DNA of 62,137 nt from an uncultured Prevotella sp. (lineage in GTDB: Bacteria > Bacteroidota > Bacteroidia > Bacteroidales > Bacteroidaceae), in NCBI GenBank assembly GCA_900769275.1, contig CAAGGA010000125.1, forward strand, positions 1 to 62,137. Direction: 5' to 3'. The stretch's first letter is position 1. Every line of letters begins with the position of its first letter. A model generated the notes under the pieces. The model searched no databases and had not been told where the DNA came from. It saw nothing but the letters and a program-made list of their open reading frames with translations. Positions 1-8,765 of this stretch are shown in pieces. The position numbers were made by a program, and so were the translations under genes.

Positions 1-22
1 AGGTACGGCGGGCGCATCCTGC

Positions 23-619
23 GTGGATGATGATGTCAGGGTGGTAAAGGTCTATGACGACCGTCGTGCAGAACCGGATGAATTCGTAGCAAAAGACGGT
101 GCAGAAGTAGGAGAGGTAATTATTTGTTCTCCTGCAAAGTCTCCTTATTTGTATGTAAATAATGAGGAGGAAACAGAGCGTAAGTACTATAAAGGTTTTA
201 TCTATACCAATGACCTTGCTACTTGGGATGAGAATCAGTTTGTTACTATCATAGGTAGAAAGGATGATATGATTATCTCTTCAGGAGAGAATATCTATCC
301 TACGGAAGTAGAGGCAATTCTCAATACGCATTCAAAGGTGAAGGATTGCATTGTCACTTCTGTTCCAGATAAAATACGCGGTCAGATTGTAACAGCTTAT
401 GTCGTCCCTGTGGAAGCCGTTGGCGATAATACAGAGGGTCTTGCGGATGAGTTAGATGCTTTTTGTAAGGAGAGCAATGAGATAGCGAATTTCAAGCGTC
501 CACGTTATTATAGGTTTGTGAGCCAGATACCGTTCAATGCCACAGGAAAGAAGCTTCATGTTAAGATAAAGGAGACGGCATCACGGGATTTGAAAAATGG
601 ATTGCTTTACAGAGTATAG
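23..619 (+). CDS. AMP-binding acyl-CoA synthetase/ligase, C-terminal part (gene starts before the window)
   Basis: Adenylate-forming motifs GRKDDMIISSGENIYPTEVE and PFNATGKK; the GTG at 23 is probably not the real start. Confidence 0.85.
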   Translation: MDDDVRVVKVYDDRRAEPDEFVAKDGAEVGEVIICSPAKSPYLYVNNEEETERKYYKGFIYTNDLATWDENQFVTIIGRKDDMIISSGENIYPTEVEAILNTHSKVKDCIVTSVPDKIRGQIVTAYVVPVEAVGDNTEGLADELDAFCKESNEIANFKRPRYYRFVSQIPFNATGKKLHVKIKETASRDLKNGLLYRV

Positions 620-667
620 TTTGTAATGGACAGAACCTGCCTTATGTAAATATTCTGTTAGTACAAG

Positions 668-728
668 AAAACAAGGGAGATATGGCTGTTGATAACTTAA
701 ATGTCAACAGCCGTATCTCCCTTGTTTT
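668..728. terminator. Long hairpin between convergent genes, probably a bidirectional intrinsic terminator
   Basis: aaaacaagggagatatggctgttga ... tcaacagccgtatctcccttgtttt, about 25-bp stem with one G-U pair. Confidence 0.75.
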
Positions 729-756
729 GTAATGTAGTAAGGAAAACATGTAGTAG

Positions 757-797
757 GTAGGTGTGCTGAATTCATATATAGTCCTTGCATCGCCTAC
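757..797. repeat. GTAG-type palindromic unit, same family as the 13.6 and 15.2 kb elements
   Basis: gtaggtgtgc...gcatcgcctac; its reverse complement aligns with 13714-13753 and 15431-15472. Confidence 0.6.
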
Positions 798-838
798 TTA
801 TTTGTTTCTCTCTCTCTCTCGTACAAAGAATCGGACAG

Positions 839-2569
839 TTATTTTTCTACTTTGAGAAAGCCGAGACGATGAGTAATACCCTTTTTGTGTATCGAACGAA
901 CGACATACATTCCGTTTGGAATATCTGTCAAGTCGATGTTTGTTGTAGGAGTGAATGTTTTAATAATATTTCCTTTCAGGCTCTCGATGCTGATGAGGGA
1001 AGTAGTTGGATTGATGGGGAATGTATGAGACAATTGGCTGAGTTGCAGAGTTCTTGAACAGACAAGCATTGGGCAGGTAGGTGAGTTGGCAGGCTTGATA
1101 GGTTCAACTGCTTTGGTATTGTCATCGGAGAACATTTGTCTCGGCTCTGACTCATTACCGTATCTATCTACTGTCGTGATGGCATAGAACCAGCCTTTTG
1201 GAACTGTGATACATTTGTTGTCGCGTTTGTACGTAGCAATAATATTCCTCGCATCGCGACAATTGACGGGATATGTGGTCGAGGCATAAATGTTGTATGT
1301 GAGATATGAGCCGTCAGAGTTATCTTTTCCTTCTTCCCACGTCAGTTGTATTGAAGTGGTGGAAATAGGGACGTATTCAATTCTTGATGGTGGTTCAGGA
1401 GATTTGAAATGATACCATGTCATGGCAGGAATGAGAGCAGGATAGGTACAATAATTATCTGCTACATAGTCGTATATTCCTTTTGTGTTGTCAGTAAGGA
1501 ATTGTGAACGGAAATATGTATGTCCCATACCGTACTGACGGAGAACTTCGAGTTCGCGTGTGATGTCATCGAGTGCCCAGTTCTTTTCTTTCGGAGAGAG
1601 GAAATAAATGCCCAATCCTGGGGCCACAACCCTTCCTGCAGACCTTTCTTGCCAGTCGATAGCGAATGGATAAAAGTTATTTCCTTTGAAATACATCATG
1701 GGGAAGAGTGCATCCATGAATCCTTTTTCCATCCATTCCGCAGCATCCTGACAGACGATGTCCCGGGCATTCCATCCATGACTCCATTGACGTGGCAGGT
1801 CGGCGTACTTGCCTATGGGGGAGCAGCTTAGCATAATCCATCCTTTTTCTTGCTTTACCGCTTTATGTACTGCTTTCACAATCCTTGTGATGTTTTTCCG
1901 TCCGGTCTCCCGGTTCTTTATCTTGCCCCAAGTCTCCGGGTAGCGTATATAGTCAAGGTGTATTCCGTCAAGGTCATAACGCCTTGTGAGGTCTCTGCAA
2001 AACGAAGCGATGTATTCCGATGTTCCATCGGATTCTGGATTCATAAATCCTTCATCTCCAATCCTTTTGACCAGATTAGGTACATTCTTTCTTAAATTTC
2101 TGCATCCTGTTCCGTTCCATTTGCCGACAGGGATTGTCACTACCCAGGCATGAATCTGCATGCCGCGTTTGTGGCATTCCTCGATGGCGAAGTTCAGGGC
2201 ATCATAGCCGGGCGATTTTCCCGGTACGCCGGAGAGACATCCGTCCCAAGGTTCTGCTTTGGAGGGGAATATCGTGGTGGCTCTGATTCTTGTCTGTAGG
2301 AAAACGAGATTTATGCCAGCATGCTGCAGTTTGTCAAGGATGGAGCATAATTCTTTCTTTTGTCTTGCTATGGAAGACGGACTGCTGGCATAACAATGTG
2401 GCCAGTCCAGACCACCTATTGTGGTAAGCCATACGGCACGTATTTCATGTAGTGGCGCTACTCTGTCTGTAGAGAAACTGATGGGTGTAATCTTCGCTGT
2501 GCCGTTCTGTGCTTTGGTGCTTGTAAGGCACGACAAGCTGATTAAGATAAATAATATGATTTTCTTCAT
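839..2569 (-). CDS. GH10-like (GHL10/DUF187, YddW/DigH-like) glycoside hydrolase with C-terminal Fn3-like domain
   Basis: Signal peptide MKKIILF; motifs EIRAVWLTTIGGLDWP, HKRGMQIHAW and YDLDGIHLDYIRYP. Confidence 0.8.
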   Translation of the reverse strand: MKKIILFILISLSCLTSTKAQNGTAKITPISFSTDRVAPLHEIRAVWLTTIGGLDWPHCYASSPSSIARQKKELCSILDKLQHAGINLVFLQTRIRATTIFPSKAEPWDGCLSGVPGKSPGYDALNFAIEECHKRGMQIHAWVVTIPVGKWNGTGCRNLRKNVPNLVKRIGDEGFMNPESDGTSEYIASFCRDLTRRYDLDGIHLDYIRYPETWGKIKNRETGRKNITRIVKAVHKAVKQEKGWIMLSCSPIGKYADLPRQWSHGWNARDIVCQDAAEWMEKGFMDALFPMMYFKGNNFYPFAIDWQERSAGRVVAPGLGIYFLSPKEKNWALDDITRELEVLRQYGMGHTYFRSQFLTDNTKGIYDYVADNYCTYPALIPAMTWYHFKSPEPPSRIEYVPISTTSIQLTWEEGKDNSDGSYLTYNIYASTTYPVNCRDARNIIATYKRDNKCITVPKGWFYAITTVDRYGNESEPRQMFSDDNTKAVEPIKPANSPTCPMLVCSRTLQLSQLSHTFPINPTTSLISIESLKGNIIKTFTPTTNIDLTDIPNGMYVVRSIHKKGITHRLGFLKVEK

Positions 2570-2653
2570 TTCGCTTACAAAGTTACATTTTCTTTTTGGT
2601 AGTTCCAAATGTTTTTCTTAACTTTGCAAAGAAATTATAATTATTATATCGGA

Positions 2654-4258
2654 ATGATAACGTTTATCATCAGCCTCTTCGCATTGGTATCAGGCTATTT
2701 TTTTTACGGAAGGTTTGTCGAGAAAGTCTTCGGACCTGACGATCGTCCTACTCCGGCTCTGAAGATTAATGATGGAGTGGATTTTCTTGTCTTGCCGTCA
2801 TGGAAGGTATTTATGATACAATTCCTCAACATTGCCGGTACAGGTCCGATATTCGGAGCTATTATGGGTATGTGGTATGGTCCGTCAGCATACCTTTGGA
2901 TTGTTTTCGGTTGTATTTTCGCCGGAGCTACGCATGATTATCTTTCCGGAGCCATAAGCCTGAGAAAGGGAGGCATTGGTTTGCCTGAGCTGATAGGGGA
3001 ATACCTTGGTCCTAATTTCAGAAGTGTGATGCTGGTATTCTCTGTATTCTTGCTTATAATGGTAGGAGCGGTCTTCGTGCTCAGTCCTGCGACTCTCATT
3101 GACGGGATGATGCCTGCAGAGTTCGGTGACACGCTGATATGGTGGATAGTGGTGATATTCATCTATTATATCATAGCCACGATGATGCCTGTAGATAAGA
3201 TTATAGGCAGGATATATCCTCTGTTTGCCATATCGCTGCTGTTCATGGGCATTGCTTTGTTTGTCAAGCTCTTGGTGCTGAACCCTCAGTTGCCGGAGTT
3301 GTGGGACGGTCTCGGAAATATGGGAGAGGAGAGACTTGGCATCAATAATGCAGACCCGATGATACCGGCACTTTTCATCACGATAGCCTGCGGTGCTATC
3401 AGCGGATTTCATGCCACTCAGTCGCCTCTTATGGCGCGCTGCATGAAGTCGGAACGTCTTGCCCGTCCGATTTTCTATGGTTCGATGATAACGGAGGGTA
3501 TCATCGCCTTGATATGGGCAACGGTGTCAAGTTGGTTCTTCTATGGAGAGGGATGGAGAGAGGTATGTTCTCCTGAGGTCATAGCTCAGTTTACCAGTCA
3601 GACGGAGAAGACTGTCACGCAGTTCTTTTCTGCCCCTAAGGTAGTCATGCAGGTATGTAACGGGTGGCTTGGCGTAGTAGGCGGAGTGCTTGCCGTTCTC
3701 GGTGTCGTAGCGGCTCCGATTACCAGTGGTGACACGGCTCTGCGCTCCTGTCGCCTTATTGTTGCCGATGCGTTCAGGATTGATCAGAAGCCTGTGCTCA
3801 AGCGTCTTGCCGTGTCGTTGCCGATATTCGTCTTCTCGTTCCTCTTGCTTGTGTGGCAGATGGATAATCCTGACAGTTTCAACGTGATATGGAAATATTT
3901 CGGCTTAGCCAATCAGGCTTTGTCTATCTTTACCTTATGGGCGGTCACCGTATATCTTGCGTTAAAGGGAAGGTATTATTTCATTACTCTCATTCCGGCA
4001 ATGTTCATGACTTGGGTTTGCATATCATTCCTGTGTATCAGTAAGCAGGCTCTTGGTCTTCCTCCGTTTGTGGGATATTCCATTGCAGTCGTCGGTGTCA
4101 TTATTGTTACAGCAGCATTCTTCAGGTGGCTCGTAAGAGACCATGTCAGAATACAGCACAAACGTGATTACGTCATGATACAGAAAAGAAGAGCAGAAGA
4201 AGGCAAGCGTGCCGTCATCAAGGATGATGTACTTATCCAGACTCCTGTCAAGATGTAG
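2654..4258 (+). CDS. cstA: Carbon starvation protein A family transporter
   Basis: Motifs IQFLNIAGTGPIFG and FITIACGAISGFHATQSP; many TM segments; TAACTTTG promoter at 2619-2626. Confidence 0.9.
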   Translation: MITFIISLFALVSGYFFYGRFVEKVFGPDDRPTPALKINDGVDFLVLPSWKVFMIQFLNIAGTGPIFGAIMGMWYGPSAYLWIVFGCIFAGATHDYLSGAISLRKGGIGLPELIGEYLGPNFRSVMLVFSVFLLIMVGAVFVLSPATLIDGMMPAEFGDTLIWWIVVIFIYYIIATMMPVDKIIGRIYPLFAISLLFMGIALFVKLLVLNPQLPELWDGLGNMGEERLGINNADPMIPALFITIACGAISGFHATQSPLMARCMKSERLARPIFYGSMITEGIIALIWATVSSWFFYGEGWREVCSPEVIAQFTSQTEKTVTQFFSAPKVVMQVCNGWLGVVGGVLAVLGVVAAPITSGDTALRSCRLIVADAFRIDQKPVLKRLAVSLPIFVFSFLLLVWQMDNPDSFNVIWKYFGLANQALSIFTLWAVTVYLALKGRYYFITLIPAMFMTWVCISFLCISKQALGLPPFVGYSIAVVGVIIVTAAFFRWLVRDHVRIQHKRDYVMIQKRRAEEGKRAVIKDDVLIQTPVKM

Positions 4259-4319
4259 TAAAAGTCTTGAAAACAGATAATTAAATATTAGATAAAAGAA
4301 AAAATCAACAATGACGATT

Positions 4320-4799
4320 ATGAAGAAGTTTTTTGTTGTGCTTTCCTTGTTGGCGACAACATTGGTAGCAAATGCTCAGTTCGAGGCAGGCAAGAAATAC
4401 GTATCTGCTTCCTTGAACAGTCTTGACATGAACTATAACGGTTCAAAAGGTTTTTCCCTTGGTGTCAATCTTAAAGGCGGTTTGTTTCTTGAGGACAACT
4501 GGCAGGTGAACGGACTTCTCGGTTATGACCATGTCGGCAAGCAGGACGTTGATTGTTTCCGTGCAGGTATAGGTGGGCGGTACTATATAATTCAAAACGG
4601 TATCTATCTTGGTGCCAATTGCAATCTCGTGCTCAGCGATGGGTATAATGACCTCCTGCCAGGGATAGAGATTGGATATGCCTATTTCATTAATGACAAG
4701 ATTACTATCGAGCCTGCTATTTATTATGACCAGAGTTTCAAGCGTCATTCTGATTTCTCCACTGTAGGCATGAGGTTGGGTCTTGGCTTTTACTTCTAA
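4320..4799 (+). CDS. Small outer-membrane beta-barrel protein
   Basis: Signal peptide, alternating beta-strand pattern, C-terminal LGLGFYF. Confidence 0.75.
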   Translation: MKKFFVVLSLLATTLVANAQFEAGKKYVSASLNSLDMNYNGSKGFSLGVNLKGGLFLEDNWQVNGLLGYDHVGKQDVDCFRAGIGGRYYIIQNGIYLGANCNLVLSDGYNDLLPGIEIGYAYFINDKITIEPAIYYDQSFKRHSDFSTVGMRLGLGFYF

Positions 4800-4877
4800 G
4801 AGAATAATTGCGAATACCACAGAGTATCACGGTAGTTAGGTGGGTACTTGTATTACGACATAAATGTTGATTGTTAT

Positions 4878-5753
4878 ATGTTAAGTGTAGAAGAACTGAA
4901 TGACAGACTCATAGATTTGAGTTTTGCAGAAGATATAGGAGATGGAGATCATACCACTCTCTGTTGTATTCCTGCTGAGGCAATGGGCGAAAGCAAACTG
5001 CTCATCAAGCAGCCTGGAATCATCGCTGGAGTGGAAATAGCCAAGGAGGTGTTCCATCGTTTTGATCCGGAGTTGCAGGTAGAGGTCTATATCAATGATG
5101 GTGCAGAGGTAAAGTCTGGCGATATTGTGATGAGTGTAAAGGGAAAGACCCAGAGTTTGCTCCAGACTGAACGCTTGATGCTCAATATCATGCAGAGAAT
5201 GAGCGGAATAGCCACGATGACTCATAAGTATCAACAGGCATTGATAGATGCCGGTACAAAGACTCGCGTACTTGATACGAGGAAGACCACGCCGGGTATG
5301 CGAATGCTTGAGAAAGAAGCCGTCAAGATAGGAGGTGGCATGAATCATCGTATTGGATTGTTTGACATGATACTTCTCAAGGATAATCACATTGATTTCT
5401 GCGGTGGCGTTCACAATGCAATCTCCCGTGCCAAGCAATATTGCAAGGAGCATGGCAAGAATTTGAAGATAGAATGTGAGGTACGAAACTGGAAAGAACT
5501 TGAGGAGGCACTTGCAGAAGGTTGTGACAGAATAATGTTCGACAATTTTACTCCGGAAGATACCAAAAAGGCAGTGGAACTCGTTGCGGGTCGTTGTGAG
5601 ACGGAATCCTCAGGGGGTATTACGTATGAGACCATGATACCATACGCAAAGGCAGGTGTCGATTTTATATCTTTTGGTGCTTTGACGCATAGTGTAAAGG
5701 GACTTGACATGAGTTTCAAGGCTGCCGGCAGCGACAAGTTGATTATCTCATGA
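4878..5753 (+). CDS. nadC: Nicotinate-nucleotide diphosphorylase (quinolinate phosphoribosyltransferase)
   Basis: Motifs EDIGDGDHT, LDTRKTTPG, NHRIGLFDMILLKDNH and SGGIT. Confidence 0.95.
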   Translation: MLSVEELNDRLIDLSFAEDIGDGDHTTLCCIPAEAMGESKLLIKQPGIIAGVEIAKEVFHRFDPELQVEVYINDGAEVKSGDIVMSVKGKTQSLLQTERLMLNIMQRMSGIATMTHKYQQALIDAGTKTRVLDTRKTTPGMRMLEKEAVKIGGGMNHRIGLFDMILLKDNHIDFCGGVHNAISRAKQYCKEHGKNLKIECEVRNWKELEEALAEGCDRIMFDNFTPEDTKKAVELVAGRCETESSGGITYETMIPYAKAGVDFISFGALTHSVKGLDMSFKAAGSDKLIIS

Positions 5754-5782
5754 TTGTCATATCAGGATTACTATTGAGACAT

Positions 5783-7417
5783 ATGAAGAAGATGATAATG
5801 TCCGCCGTTCTCCTTGTATGGGGAATGGCTCAGTCATTTGCCTGCACTGACTTTATCGTAGGCAAGAGGGCGAGTGCAGACGGTAGTGTGATGGCTTCCT
5901 ACAATGCCGATTCGTATGGAGCATATCATGTGCTGTATCATTCTCCTGCGGGAAAGCATTCCAAGGGGGAGATGATAAAGATATATGACGGTGATACTAA
6001 TGAATACCATGGTGAGATACCGCAGGTAGAGGAAACCTATAACGTAATAGGGTATATAAATGAGTATCAGGTTACTATCCACGAAACGACTTATGGCGGA
6101 CGTGAGGAAATGGTCGATACTACAGGTGTTCTCGATTACGTCTCCCTGATGCAGATTGCGCTCCAGCGTTCCAAGTCTGCCCGTGAGGCAATCAAGGTAA
6201 TGACAACTCTTGCCGAGACTTATGGCTATTGCTCCGAGGGTGAGTCATTCTCAGTATGTGATCCTGACGAGGCTTGGTATATGGAAATGCAGGGTGCAGG
6301 TGTCGGTGGAGTGGTGTGGGTAGCAGTCCGCATTCCTGATGATGCTATCTGTGCTCATGCCAATCAGAGCCGCATCACCACTTTCAATCAAAAGGATAAG
6401 GAGAATGTAATGTTCTCAAAGAACTGTGTCAAGTACGCACGTAAGATGGGATGGTTCACGGGAAAGGATGCCGACTTCTCATGGAATGCAGCCTATGCTG
6501 CTCCCGATTTCTCCGGCCGCCGTTTCTGTGATGCCCGTGTGTGGGCTTTCTATCGTTTCTTCTCTGATGACATGGATGAGTATCTTCCGTGGGCAGAGGG
6601 AAAGGACAAGGATGCAAAGCCACTTCCTCTTTGGATTGTGCCTAATAGAAAACTCACTGTTCATGACTTGATAATGGCAAACAGAGACCATTATGAGGGC
6701 ACGCCGCTGGAGGTGAAAAGTACCATAGGCGGAGGTATTTGGGAAATGCCTTATCAGCCTACGCCGCTGACTTATGAGGTTGATGGCAAGAAATACTTTA
6801 CCGAGCGTCCTATTTCTACACAGCAGACAGCAATGACTTACATTACTCAAATGCGTTCGTGGCTTCCGAGGGAGATAGGAGGATGTCTGTGGGTGGCTAA
6901 TGATGACCCAAATATGGTAGCATATACCCCTGTCTATTGTTGTGCAACGAAGTCACCGGAGTGTTATGATGCACCAGGTGCAGACGATGTGACTTTTTCT
7001 GACCGAAGTGCTTTCTGGGTATGCAACTGGGTAAGCAATATGGTATATCCCCGTTACAGCATGATGTTTCCGGAATTACAGTCAGTCCGTGACCGCTTGG
7101 AGAAGAAATATTTCTCACAGCAACGTGCGATAGAGGAGAAAGCAAGGTCGTTGTACGCTTCCTCTCCTGCAGAGGCTGTCAAGTATCTCAATGACTATTC
7201 ATGTCAGGAGGCACAACAGATGCTTGAGGAATGGAAGAATCTTGCCACGCTGCTTATCGTCCGCTATAATGATATGGCTGTGAAGAAGATGAAAGACGGC
7301 AAGTATCTCAAGACCAAGGACGGGCTTATCGTGCCTGTCGAGCGTCCCGGCTATCCCAAGGAATATGCCCGCAGGATGCACAGGTTGTCTCCCAAGAATA
7401 TGGAGATACCGCAGTGA
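5783..7417 (+). CDS. C69 family dipeptidase
   Basis: Signal peptide followed by N-terminal nucleophile CT (ACTDFIVGKRASADGS); HANQSRI motif. Confidence 0.85.
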   Translation: MKKMIMSAVLLVWGMAQSFACTDFIVGKRASADGSVMASYNADSYGAYHVLYHSPAGKHSKGEMIKIYDGDTNEYHGEIPQVEETYNVIGYINEYQVTIHETTYGGREEMVDTTGVLDYVSLMQIALQRSKSAREAIKVMTTLAETYGYCSEGESFSVCDPDEAWYMEMQGAGVGGVVWVAVRIPDDAICAHANQSRITTFNQKDKENVMFSKNCVKYARKMGWFTGKDADFSWNAAYAAPDFSGRRFCDARVWAFYRFFSDDMDEYLPWAEGKDKDAKPLPLWIVPNRKLTVHDLIMANRDHYEGTPLEVKSTIGGGIWEMPYQPTPLTYEVDGKKYFTERPISTQQTAMTYITQMRSWLPREIGGCLWVANDDPNMVAYTPVYCCATKSPECYDAPGADDVTFSDRSAFWVCNWVSNMVYPRYSMMFPELQSVRDRLEKKYFSQQRAIEEKARSLYASSPAEAVKYLNDYSCQEAQQMLEEWKNLATLLIVRYNDMAVKKMKDGKYLKTKDGLIVPVERPGYPKEYARRMHRLSPKNMEIPQ

Positions 7418-7422
7418 TGTTT

Positions 7423-7552
7423 AGTTTCGGTTATGCGGTTATACGGTTTTATGGTTTTACGGAGGATTGTGAAGGCTAATTGTATATTCCGTATAACCAT
7501 AAAACCGTATAACCGTATAACCGCAAAACCGTATAACCTTACAACCGAAACT
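7423..7552. repeat. Element with 30-bp core and inverted 8-bp-unit arms, copy 1
   Basis: Left arm of ggttWtRY-like octamers, core ggaggattgtgaaggctaattgtatattcc (7461-7490), right arm of aaccgtat-like octamers; ends agtttcggtt/aaccgaaact. Confidence 0.8.
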
Positions 7553-7855
7553 CTACATCATCCATTCATCGTTCTCGTCAATCTCAAACTCCAGCATCAG
7601 TTGCGTGACTATCTGAGATGCGGTGTTGAGTTTGTACCACCCTTTTTTTTCGCATTTTGAAATGGCTCCCTGAGAATAGGAAGATTCCGTTTTGAGATAT
7701 TTGGTTACGTCTGCCTTTACATCTTCATAAGGACGTGACGAGAAGAAATCTACAGCTGTCATATTATACACATGACGCACTATTGTATCTATGGGCAGCC
7801 CTTTATTGCGGTTGGCTTCGCGTAATATCAGTAGAATTTCCCGTTGGTATGCCAT
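7553..7855 (-). CDS. Hypothetical protein, possibly winged-helix-like
   Basis: 100-aa ATG ORF downstream of tRNA-Cys; helical N-terminus and KGWYKL wing-like segment. Confidence 0.6.
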   Translation of the reverse strand: MAYQREILLILREANRNKGLPIDTIVRHVYNMTAVDFFSSRPYEDVKADVTKYLKTESSYSQGAISKCEKKGWYKLNTASQIVTQLMLEFEIDENDEWMM

Positions 7856-7953
7856 ATTGGAATAAGGTATGTCGGTTTGTATATGGATGATTGTTCTCGA
7901 CCTCTGAAAAATGATGTAGGATGTAGTGTCGGAGGTAATGTCTTATATACGAA

Positions 7954-7981
7954 GATAGCATCGATGAAAATCGATGCTATC
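7954..7981 (-). terminator. Hairpin downstream of tRNA-Cys
   Basis: gatagcatcgat-gaaa-atcgatgctatc, perfect 12-bp stem. Confidence 0.6.
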
Positions 7982-8013
7982 AATAATGTCGTATCAAACG
8001 TTTTATTGTTTTG

Positions 8014-8085
8014 AGGTGCGTGGCGGAGTCGAACCGCCTTAGCTGGTTTTGCAGACCAGAGACTAAACCGTTCATCCAACGCACC
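8014..8085 (-). tRNA. tRNA-Cys(GCA)
   Basis: Reverse complement GGTGCGT...CTGGT-CTGCAAA-ACCAG...GGTTCGACTCC...ACGCACCT; cloverleaf; CCA not encoded; TACCTTTG promoter upstream at about 8116-8123. Confidence 0.95.
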
Positions 8086-8233
8086 GATTTAGACCTGCAT
8101 TTTGCAAATGCGATGCAAAGGTACGATAATTTTCTCATTCCACCAAATTATTTCCTGTTTTTTTTCTTCGGTTTCTCTTTCTTTAGCCTTTTACAGGGAA
8201 TCTGAGGAACGTTGCCGTGTAGGGAAATGTCAA

Positions 8234-8410
8234 TTTTGTCCTATTCCCTATGTTTTCATGTCTATGTATAACTATCTGAAAATTAATGATATACAATAGC
8301 GTTGATTTTACGTTGCAAAAGCGGCGCTTTTACCTTGTAATATCAATGCTTTTACCTTGTAATATCAATGCTTTTGCGGTGTAATATCATAGATATCATT
8401 TTTGTCCTAT
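8234..8410 (+). repeat. 177-bp dispersed element with terminal direct repeats TTTTGTCCTAT and 22-bp periodic units, copy A
   Basis: Unit gcttttaccttgtaatatcaat starts at 8326, 8348 and (degenerate) 8370; homologous to the reverse complement of 37040-37216. Confidence 0.75.
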
Positions 8411-8765
8411 ATGTGGTTGTGTTTTGGTGGCAGCCTTTGTAACTTTCGTATCGTATGTGAAACGTTTTTTTTTGAGGAGTAAATCTTTGTAGAAAGACTC
8501 GTAAACCGTGAGGGAAATCAGGATGATTTTTTGCTATTGTTATTTGTCGTCTCTTGTATTTTAGTTACGCGGATATGCTATTTGTATGCTAAAAGTTAAA
8601 AAACGTATAAAAACGCATATAAAAACATTTCCCTGCTTTGCAGTTTATGGATTTATTTATATCTTTGCATAATATTATATTGGGGTGAAACGCTCAGAGG
8701 CTCTGAAATGCCCCGAAAACGGAGATTTACCCCAAAAGAACATTTATTAAAACAACTATCAGAGA

